This document shows positions 53,840 through 64,000 of a DNA stretch of 64,000 nucleotides, piece by piece. Location of the stretch: positions 42,160,001-42,224,000 of the forward strand of contig OX597817.1 in assembly GCA_951406725.2 (NCBI GenBank), given 5' to 3'. The stretch comes from Octopus vulgaris. Lineage: Eukaryota. Position 1 is the first letter of the stretch. The number at the start of each line of letters is the position of its first letter. The notes under the pieces are model-generated. The model did no database searches. It had not been told where the DNA came from and saw nothing but the letters and a program-made list of their open reading frames with translations. Position numbers and translations under genes: made by a program.

Positions 53840-54122
53840 ACTTAGATACTTAGGTAAGTTTTGGTCAGCATTGGCCCAGACCATGTCTAACTTAATAACA
53901 CCATCTGGAAAAGACATTTAAAGATGTTTCATATTAGTCATTCTTTAGCCTACTCAAGAAGAGTGTTATTGTTTTATATATATATATATATATTGGCGTT
54001 AGGAAGGGCATCCAGCTGTAGAAACTCTGCCAGATCAGACTGGAGCCTGGTGCAGCCATCTGGTTAGCCAGACCTCAGTCAAATCGTCCAACTCATGCTA
54101 GCATGGAAAGCAGACATTAAAC

Positions 54123-54158
<36 letters not shown>

Positions 54159-54339
54159 ATATATACATTATTGTATCTGGGGAGAGTCATTCTCTTTTAG
54201 AACCTTATTTATTTAACACACTCACCGATTTCCACTCATTTACTTATTTATTTTTACTAAAATTTTTCTTGCCACTTGCAACCTTATCAATAGTCTTTGA
54301 TTCTGTCCGTTATCAGAATGGCATCCTTTTTATTCTTTT

Positions 54340-54647
54340 GTACACATGTGTGTGCGTCAGTATGCATGCACATACACATGTATATATGTATGTATGTATG
54401 TGTCTATATATGTATGCATGTATGTATATATGTGCATATATGTGCGTGTCTATGCATATACACATGTATGCATGTTTGCACGTTTGTATGCATATATGTA
54501 CTCTGCATGTATGTGTGTTTATATGCATATGTGTGTGTGTGTATATATATACATGTGTACATGTTTGTATGTATGTATGCATGCATGTTTGTATGTATGT
54601 ATTCCGCATACCCATGTGCTTTGTGTTTGCATGTGTGTTTGTGTGTT

Positions 54648-54691
<44 letters not shown>

Positions 54692-54922
54692 CCTCTGTCT
54701 TCTTGTGTGTGCATGTTTGAGTGTGTCTCTGTATGGGTTTGTGTGACTGTACTGCATCTGTTATGTATGGATTGTGTCTCCATATATGTCCTTATGTGAT
54801 GTGTGCATGTAAATGTATATAGTCATGTGTTTCAGTCTTCATTTGTATGTATGTTTGTGTGTATGTGTGTGTTTGTGCCCATCTGTCAATATTACCTATG
54901 TACCTGTATATCTACCTACATG

Positions 54923-54980
<58 letters not shown>

Positions 54981-54998
54981 CATACATACATATATATA

Positions 54999-55038
<40 letters not shown>

Positions 55039-55121
55039 TACATACATACAAACGTGGACATATGCATACATATGTATATGTATAGATAGACACACATACA
55101 TGCATACACACATGCACACAC

Positions 55122-55201
<80 letters not shown>

Positions 55202-55215
55202 ATATATATATATTT
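54340..55215. repeat. (TG/TA/CA)n compound microsatellite
   Basis: Direct inspection. Confidence 0.95.
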
Positions 55216-55249
55216 ATATCAATATAAGCAACAAGGATATCCAGAGGTA

Positions 55250-55338
55250 ATGCAGTATGATCGTTTCATGCGACTCCATTTAATTGAACAATGCAAATAT
55301 GACATCAATTTAAAATGTAGAGCAATCTTCAGCTGCAT
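55250..55338 (-). ncRNA. Type-I hammerhead motif with long stem-loop II
   Basis: AUGCAG-CUGAAGA-uUGC..GCAu-GAAA-CGAUC(A/G)UA|CUGCAU; perfect 6-bp stem I; the 13449-13466 copy supplies GUA. Confidence 0.78.
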
Positions 55339-55371
55339 AAAAATATAGAATTTAGTTAAAATTTAGATAAC

Positions 55372-55596
55372 ATTTGGGAGTTAAAATAAAATGAAATTAG
55401 ATTTAGCCTTAAATGGGACATTGTAAGCAAAGCACAACCTTATAAAAATAATAGATATGGATGTGAACTTTGCTCCATGGAGATATATGAAATTTTGAAA
55501 CATAGGGATAATGTAAACTTATTAAATAACTGTTTAGAACTAGGAGAATCGTGTATACATTGTACTACCTGTACCTTTAGATATTTTTTAAAATAG
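55372..55596 (+). pseudogene. Penelope-type GIY-YIG endonuclease C-terminal fragment (one in-frame stop)
   Basis: IWELK*NEIRFSLKWDIVSKAQPYKNNRYGCELCSMEIYEILKHRDNVNLLNNCLELGESCIH; homologous to 39079-39336. Confidence 0.82.
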
Positions 55597-55779
55597 CATT
55601 TTATTATTCCTGAATTTTAGATCTTAATGCTTACCTATTGATTTTTTAAAAATCAATAAAGAAATAGCATACCCTGCTATATTTATTATTTAATCAGCAC
55701 TAGGTATTAAGAAATTTAATTATCATAAACAAATTGAATAAAGTTGAATAAAATAATTTTTAAATTTCTAAAATTATTA

Positions 55780-56222
55780 CATAGACGAGAGAGGTGTGCA
55801 GTAATATATATCTGGAAGATCCTGGAAGGAATTGTGCCAAATTTTGGCATTGAAAGCTACACCAATACCAGAACGGGACGACATTGCATAGTGCCAAAGA
55901 TCCCAGCAATGCTATCATGCTTCAGGACCAGTTACTGCAACAACCTGGGTTTCAAGGGCCCACAGCTTTTTAATATTCTCCCAAAGAGTCTGAGGAACTT
56001 GCACAAAGTAGATGTAGGGGCTTTTAAATCAAAGCTGGACCTCTTCCTGTCAAGAGTCCCAGATGAACCTACCTCACGGCAAGAGGTGCAAATGAGGGTA
56101 GCTATATCAAACTCCATTCTTCACCAAGTGCCACATATTAGAGGAGGCTCTTAGTAATAACAGCGTAGCACAAAATGGCAGTGCATCAGCATGCCCACAG
56201 CTCTGAGCTGTAACTAGAAAAA
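55780..56222 (+). mobile_element. CR1/L2-group LINE 3' end nested in the Penelope UTR
   Basis: RRERCAVIYIWKILEG..GPQLFNILPKSLRN..FKSKLDLFLSRVPDEP; 3' UTR matches the SINE-B tail. Confidence 0.85.
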
Positions 56223-56894
56223 ATTTTTTAAATAAAACATAAATTCTATGTATATCTAATGAAGTTATTAAGTTGTATACTTACTCCACAATAAATTTTA
56301 ATGATTTGGTAATTTTCACATCTATTTCTACGAGAATTTAGCTCCATCTAATCTTTTTCGATATTATAATAATACCTTTACATAAGCCTAAATTATTATA
56401 CCCCATATAACCATACTTTACTCTTAATATAAAATATAAGATTTTCCCCCTCCAAAAAAATTAAATTAATTCTTTTTCTCTATATTTTCATTTTATAATT
56501 TTATTTTTGGTTACCTCCCTTCCATTGTAATTTAAGGTTTTTGGTATGTGAGTAAATTAATGCCTTATTTACTGGGAATCTCCTCTTCAAAAGATCTTCT
56601 AAATCTCCTTAATTAATATTTAAATCCTGATAAAAATAGATAATAATATTTAAATTTTTGAGAAATTGCTTGGTTTCTATTTCTCTCAAATAGCTCTACC
56701 CTCATGATCTTTGCATGTATTAGAAAGCTTTATAAAAATAAATTATAAAAAATTACCAATTATAAAAAAGTACCAATTATTTTGATTATAATCACCCCAT
56801 TTTGAATTATATGGATAATACCATACTGAATTCTGGTTCCTTTAACTTCAGTACCATATTCGACTGAATCTAAATTTTACTGAATATATATATA

Positions 56895-57052
56895 TCTAAT
56901 ATAGGATAAAATTTTTCGAAAAAAAACTTGATCAATGGCCAGCATATTAAAAATACCTTTAAAGGTTAAATTTATAAGTAACTTATAAAATAAGGGCAAA
57001 AGAAAAAATTCTATTTGGCATTAGAATTTTTTCTTTTGCCCTTATTTTATAA
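56895..57052 (-). mobile_element. Family P-C minimal copy: perfect 31-bp hairpin (56983-57013 / 57022-57052) plus tail
   Basis: Tail and arm homologous to 35069-35152 and 35581-35610. Confidence 0.82.
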
Positions 57053-57240
57053 TATATATATAGCCCGAGGCTATAGTACAAGAAACTTGCCCAAGGTGCC
57101 ACGCAGTGGGATGAACCTAGAACCATGTGGTTGGTAAGCAAGCTACTTAGCACACAGCCACTCCTGTGCCTATATATATATCTATTTGAATGTTTAATAT
57201 ACACTTATATACAAATTATGTGTATGAAGTGTATGTTTGT

Positions 57241-58968
57241 ATTGTTTAAATATATTTCCCAGTTAATATCATCGCTCATGTCAGAGCATAAATTGTCTTT
57301 ATCTTTAAGGATGTTGCTTTCCGTTTTCCTTATCTGTGTATCTTTATAATTTGCATATGACCAAGTATGCAGATATTCTTTGTGGATTGACTTTTAACAA
57401 TTTGCACATATTTCGAAGATCTTCTATCATGAACAAATCAAGCAATTTCTTTGATGGAAAACAGCAAACACATGCTTCTCTGAAATATAGACCATGTTTA
57501 GAGCCAATGAGAAAATCACTAAGCAGCCACTCAACTTGCCAGGAACAGCAGCTAAATTTCCCTCAAATCACACACTGTCCTTTTCTGAAATGACAGGAAC
57601 ACAATGGATAATGTGATTTAGATTTATAGTTTTAAATAAAAAGCAGGGAATAATTGCAGCTGGAATATCTTTGATCCTAGGTTTGCTCAAGCAGGGCAGA
57701 CCTGGGGTTAAACAGCAACAACTTAGACCCTGTATTAGATATTACAGGTTATGTTTTATATTATTATTATTAAAGACATCATACAATATCCAATATCCTT
57801 TCTACTCTAGGCACAAGGCATGAAATTTTGGGGGAAGGGCCCAGTCGATTAGATCAATCCCAGTACACAGCTGGTACTTAATTTATTGACCCCAAAAGGA
57901 CGAAAGGCAAAGTTGACCTCAGCAGAATTTGAACTCAGAATGTAAAGCTTGACGAAATACCACTTGGCATTTTGCCCAGCATGCTAACATTTCTGCTAGC
58001 TCGCCACCTTATACAGTATCCAATATTGTGATGTTGTTGAGTGAAGATATTGCGTCTATCAGGGGTTTGTACTGTCTATCAAGTCACAACATATTATTAT
58101 TATTATTAAGGCAATTTGGCTGGCAGAATTGTTAACATGCTGGACAAAATGTTCAATGGCATTTTATCCATCCTTATGTTCCGAGTCCAGATGCCACCAA
58201 GGTCAACTCAGCCTTTCGCTTTTTCAGTCAATAAAATAAGTACCAGTTGAGTACTGGGGTCGATGTAATCAACTTAGTAACTTCTCCTAAAATTGGTGGC
58301 CTTGTGCCAAAATTTTTTTTTATCATTTCATTACACATAAACCCCCACACTTTATGTCTGTCTTTGTATTGTCCACTCATCCTTCGCCCTTGCGGCAAAT
58401 AAATGAAGTCATTATTGTTGTTGTTGTTGTTATTATTATTATTTTTATTTTTATTATTATTAAGTTCTTTAATTGTTTACCCTATTTAAGCCCTCAAGTC
58501 AAATGCCATGCCAGAGCACTACCTTATAATTCAGCTACAAAAGACAAAAATCTAAATGAACGAAATGGGTCAATGAAATAGCCTCTAAGAGGTCTTTTGA
58601 GTAAACAGAAATAGGAGCTACATCCCTCACAAATCATTCAATATTCTCTCTGAAAAAGTGGGTAGAAATACATAGAATAAAATACTAATAGATACATGAT
58701 GCTTGAACAAAAGATGGAATGTTTGTGACTAGAATGTCTTTGATCATAGGTCAATAAGAATCAGGATGACCTGGGGCTAAACAATAGCTAAAACTAGAAT
58801 AAAAGAGAAGATTAATGATAAATGAAAAAGACATGGATTAAAATTGAAAATGATCAACACTAAAATACATACAATCACATGCACAGTCATACACACAATA
58901 ACATTAACAATACATATACATATTTGTGAGTGTGTGTATATGTGTGTGTGCGTGTGTGTGTATATATA

Positions 58969-59014
<46 letters not shown>

Positions 59015-59146
59015 CAAAATAAGCAACAAGGATTGCTTATTTTGATTATAATCACCCCATTTTGAATTATATGGATAATACCATGCCAAATTCTGGTGCC
59101 TTTTAACTTAAGTACCATATTCAACTGAATCTAAATTTTTACTGAA

Positions 59147-59181
<35 letters not shown>

Positions 59182-60196
59182 CTGGAGCCTGGTGCAGCCT
59201 TCTGTCTTGCCAATCCTCAGTCAAACCGTCCAACCCATGCCAGCATGGAAAGCAGATGTCAAACAAGGATGATGATGATGATGATGATGATACATACACA
59301 CGCACATACATACACACACACATGCACACACACATGCACACACATACACAGATACACACATATATATCATCATCATCATCATCAATATGCATATATGCAT
59401 ATTCATGCATGTATGCTTACTCATATATTATAATGTTATATAAATATTAGTAATGGTCTTATAAAATAATTTGCTAAAAAAAAAAAGAAGCCGTTTTAAG
59501 TAACAGTTGTGGAAGATAAACACATTGGATTAATGGAAGCGAGTAGTTGCTTTGCATTGAAATGTATGAGACCACTTCAAAACTCAAGTTGAATTTTCAT
59601 TTAAAAGTAATGCTTCCACAAATATGTATAAATCTTTTTACACAGACCTATGGAAATGGTGTTTTTGATTTCCTAATCAAACTAAATTGAATAAGTTTCA
59701 TGGAGAAATTATGAATAAAAGAAATGCTTTATCAATCTCCGAAATGAGAAAATATCAGATATTAATTCTCACAGCAATCCATTTGTATTAAAAATTCAAT
59801 AACTTTCTATTGGTTTGATATCAACATACCAGAGGCTAGAACTGATTTCTACACAACCATTTTAATCAATAAATATCTCTTCAAACATCTATCCCAGTTC
59901 TTCATGGATTTCAATGATTTATTTAGATGTTTTGAAAAGACAGCAAAGATAAAGAAATTTTATTTGATAAAGGCACACTATGTTTTTATAAAATAAAAAT
60001 TGATCATCAAAATTTTTCATTGATTTTTCTTTTATTTTTTTTTACTTATTGTTATTATTACTGTTGCTGTTTTTATTTTTTGTTTTTTGTTTTAATTTTT
60101 GGTCTATTTTTAATCTAAGGAATTGATGCAGTAAATAAGTATTCAAATTTCTTTATTAATTTCTGAGATACTTGACTGATTAACTTTTTCAGTACA

Positions 60197-60253
<57 letters not shown>

Positions 60254-60404
60254 CACATCACACACACACACACACATACACAATATATGCACACATACAG
60301 ATACATTCGTACACACAAAAAAAATTATAACATTATTAAAAAATATAGGGACAAAGATATATATATATATGTATGTATGTATGTATGTATATATATATAT
60401 ATGC

Positions 60405-60435
<31 letters not shown>

Positions 60436-60481
60436 CATACATACATACATACACACACACACATATATGATATATATATTA

Positions 60482-60526
<45 letters not shown>

Positions 60527-60728
60527 TACACACACACACGCACACACTCACTCCCACAAACACAGTTATATATGCAAACACATATATTATGTATATATGT
60601 GTGTGCATGTGTGTATTGTTTAAATATGTATAGCAGTTAATATCACATGTATCAGAGCATAAATTGTCTTTACCTTAAAGGATATTGTTTTCAGTTTCCC
60701 TTATCCGTGTATCTTTATTTATAATTTT
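57241..60728 (+). repeat. Dispersed ~110-bp direct repeat (57241-57352 and 60615-60728)
   Basis: attgtttaaatat..cagttaatatca..tcagagcataaattgtcttta..ccttatc.gtgtatcttta in both. Confidence 0.8.
59009..59150 (+). mobile_element. Family P-B minimal copy: 18-bp hairpin plus 3' tail in (TA)n
   Basis: tataatcaaaataagcaa-caagga-ttgcttattttgattata, then the P-B tail. Confidence 0.85.
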
Positions 60729-60943
60729 CATTATCAATTTTTTTTTTGTTAAAAAATGGGAAAATAAATCAGGCAAAGAAAACTTAATGAACATCAAAGA
60801 ATAGCATCTATTTTTATCACCTTTATTTAATCCATTATATAATCATATATTGTATAAATATATATAAATATATACGCATATATATATATATATACATAGA
60901 TATATATATATATACACACGTGCATACATGCATGCATACAAAC

Positions 60944-60992
<49 letters not shown>

Positions 60993-60997
60993 TATAA

Positions 60998-61064
<67 letters not shown>

Positions 61065-61319
61065 CATACATGTTTGTACGAAGTAAGAAAATATTTGTAT
61101 TTCAGAAGATAATTATTTTGGAAGTGATTGATACTTGCCAGTAACTGAATATAGAATTGTAAATATGTATATAATGAATGAATCATAGAAAGATGTATGT
61201 AGAATGGAACCTTCCCAATATATTTTTGTATTCATTGCTTTTGAAGAAAATTTTTTTTCCAAAAGCCTTGATGTAATGGATTCTGCAGTAAAAACTATGC
61301 TTTTATCCAAAACCAATTT

Positions 61320-61640
61320 GTTTTTTTTTAACAAAGGATTAATAAAAGCCCTGGGCTCTGTGTGTTTGACAAGAGATCCTGCAAAGCCAATTGATTTGCT
61401 AGAAATGGCAGCTAAAATATCCTTCAACAATTGTTTCTTTAACAAAAGCCCTAAGTTGTGTGGGTTGCCAGGAGTTCCTACAACATAATTTCATCTGCTA
61501 GAAACGGCAGCTAAATATCCATCAAATAACAAACTTTTTTTTTTAACAAGCTATTGATAAAAATCCTTGGGGTGGTTGACAGAGGCTTCTACGTGTCATC
61601 TGACTTGCTAGAAATGGCAGCCAAATATCCATCAAATTAG
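61320..61640 (+). repeat. Three tandem ~100-115-bp units with TGCTAGAAATGGCAGCTAAA
   Basis: Motif at ~61397, 61496, 61606; also dispersed at 34885 and 57537. Confidence 0.7.
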
Positions 61641-61987
61641 AACAAATCATCTGAAGAGGAGGCCAGTTTCCATGATGCAGTTTTTGGTTATGTTGAGGAC
61701 ATACATTTGCGCATTTTCCAGAAGAGAGGCCCCTGGTGAGTTTGACGGTTTGCAGTGACCTTCAGGGTTCTTGTTGTATGGTATTTATATTTAAAGATGA
61801 AGTTGGGGTCGACAGTGTTTTCTTGACATGGTTAATCTTGTCCCAACAATGCACTAAAGAAAAATGGTCACTGTTGAAATGTTTTTAATTAAAAGGATAG
61901 GAAGTTTGCTTGATAGAGGCTGACTGATGCCCAAATAATGATTACATTACATAACCAACGATGGAGCTTCTACATGATCATTCAATT

Positions 61988-62720
61988 TAATAATAATAAT
62001 AATGAAATTAATTGTGTATAGTGCTCAGGTGCACTGCAACTCATCAAAGGTACATGTACAGTACATAGAATTATGTACAAAAGTCAGGAAAGTGAACAGT
62101 GTATGAGTCATGATAGACATGTGTGCATGCATATGGAGTGGGGGGAGATATCAGGTATAGTGTTGGTGAATTTCAAGAAGCATAGAGGTTTTAAAGGATG
62201 ATATGTCTCAGCAACTAACAACTGATGCAGGTAGTTTGTTCCATGCTTCAACAACTCTGAGTATGAAAAAATGTTTCTGAAAGTCATGGGAGCTGTGCTG
62301 TTTTCTGGCTTTGTAGGCATGCCCACCTAAGTTAGACATATGGAACTCAAAAAGGTGTTCAAGGCGGTTGCTGGCATGATGGTTAATAATTTTGTGCATG
62401 CTTATCTAAGTCAGTTGCCAGACATCAGAGTTTCAATGCATCTATTTCCAAGGAAACAAGGTCTTCAGAGTATGGTAGATACCCGATGGAGGGTATTCAC
62501 TTGGATGCACATCTCTGAAGTTTCCAGGAGGTCAATGTCCTGAGCAAGATAGAGGTTCCAGACTGGTGATGCAAATTCCAAGTGTGGCCACACCATAGCC
62601 ATATACAGCCTTAAATAGATAACTGGAGAGTGACTGACCAAGGGCTTGCCGAGTGATGCTAAGGCACCTTCAGCCTTCTTAACAATTTGTGTGAAATAAT
62701 TGCCAAATATCCCTCTGATC
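61988..62720 (-). mobile_element. CR1-type LINE 3' end
   Basis: LYMAMVWPHLEFASPVWNLY..DIDLLE; GHAYK..KHFFILRVVEAWNKLPASVV; (ATT)n tail. Confidence 0.9.
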
Positions 62721-63702
62721 ACTCAATGTCTTAAAATAAGATTGGACAGTCATGGTAGGATAGTCTTTAATCATATGTTTGTCAAGTCAGTGTTGATCTA
62801 GTGTTAAACATCAAATCATTACGAAGTCAGTATAACATTCATAACACTTAAGAATTTGCATTTGTTATCAATTCAAAATTAGGGATAATTAAGAAACATG
62901 CAAATGCATCGACTAATTTACATATTAAGAAATTAGTAATACATCATCACAGCAGGAAAATTACCAAACAAATAAATAAATAAATAACTAAAACAACCAA
63001 AGAAAGAAAAAAACACTTGAAATAAAATCCCTCTGAATCACATTTCCACAGTTTTAAACTGAAATCTTTGATAGTTTTAAAATTATTTTTCTTGAAATTT
63101 TCATGTTGTATCAGCTTATTAGTGGTTTCTTAACAGTTTTCAAGCTAAAACTAATATGCAAATTTGTTATGTGAACTAGGAAGCATATTCAATAGGGTTA
63201 CCATTCTGACGGAGTGAAATATGTTCTTATAAAGATTTTAAATCTAAGACTGCTCGGAGTTTAATGTCTGTGCTTGGTGTTGTGTTCTTGAAGTATATCC
63301 TCCTGGGTTTCGTTCCATAACAGGTTGAGGCATTGCTGTATGATTGAAAAGTTCAGTTCCCAACTGTGTGGTGTGTGATTCAATCCCACTGCATGGCAGC
63401 ATAAGCAAGTGTTGCCCATTGTAGCCTTAAACAAACCAAAACCTTGTGAAACGGAACTGAAAGAATTCCATTATATGTATATATATGGATGCACAATCAT
63501 CATCATCATCATCAACATTATTCAACATATGTCTTCCATGCTGGCGTGGGCTGGACAATTCAACAGGAGCTGGCAAGCCAGAGGGCTGCACCAGGCTCCA
63601 ATTCTGTGGTTTCTACAGCTGGATATCCGTCCTAACACCAACCACTTAACAGAGTGTACTGGGTGTTATTTTACATGGCACTAGCATGGGTGTGTATATG
63701 CT

Positions 63703-63746
<44 letters not shown>

Positions 63747-63765
63747 CGTGTGTGTGTGTGTGTGT

Positions 63766-64000
63766 GGAGATGCAATGGCCCAGTGGTTAGGGCAGCAGAC
63801 TCGCAGTCGTAGGATCGCGGTTTCGATTCCTAGACTGGGCGTTGTGAGTGCTTATTGAGCAAAAACACCTATAAGTTCCACGAGGCTCCGGCAGGGGGTG
63901 ATGATCCCTGCTGTACTCTTTCACCACTCTTTCTTCTGTTGGCCTGCTCACTTAGCCAGCGGGGTGGCGTCATTCGAAGGCTAAAACAATGCGAACGCAT
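63766..64000 (+). mobile_element. SINE family D (tRNA-derived head), runs off the window
   Basis: A box TGGCCCAGTGG, B box GGTTTCGATTCC; body matches the reverse complement of ~42640-42700. Confidence 0.85.

Larger units (their letters stand above)
55218..56885 (+). mobile_element. 5'-truncated Penelope-like element, family P-B: inverted pLTR piece + GIY-YIG C-terminus + UTR + 3' tail
   Basis: 55218-55345 matches the 13371 left arm; 55372-55596 encodes an endonuclease C-terminus; 56775-56885 matches the P-B tail; (TA)n on both sides. Confidence 0.85.

Noticed and set aside
55597-56775. SECIS element in the Penelope 3' UTR
   Set aside because: No convincing AUGA-N11/12-AA..GA stem by eye; the in-frame stop seen is TAA, not TGA
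57330-57482. Possible minus-strand exon EACVCCFPSKKLLDLFMIEDL
   Set aside because: Only an acceptor-like site; no recognisable homology or partner exon

Overview
AT-rich, microsatellite-laden eukaryotic DNA with no recognisable intact host gene. The SINE families and repeat landscape resemble an octopus (coleoid cephalopod) genome; that assignment is an inference. Nearly all listed ORFs are simple-repeat artefacts. Recognisable elements: at least 4 SINE families (dozens of copies), two decayed RTE LINEs, CR1/L2-group and probable Tx1 LINE 3' ends, three mariner relics, an internally deleted hAT element and several MITEs. The main hidden structure is about 12 short fold-back insertions from about 8 sequence families, mostly inside (TA)n/(TCTA)n tracts. 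They share one architecture: an inverted partial copy joined to a copy with a complete 3' tail. Four carry readable type-I hammerhead ribozyme cores (9648, 44356, 48905, 55250). One family is physically linked to a Penelope-type (Naiad-like) GIY-YIG endonuclease C-terminus. One 14-bp-TSD-flanked insertion joins a tRNA-like Pol III head to a hammerhead-bearing tail, a candidate Penelope-mobilised ribozyme SINE. A ~560-bp-arm inverted duplication lies at 3530-4768. All alignments were made by eye, so coordinates may be off by a few bp.
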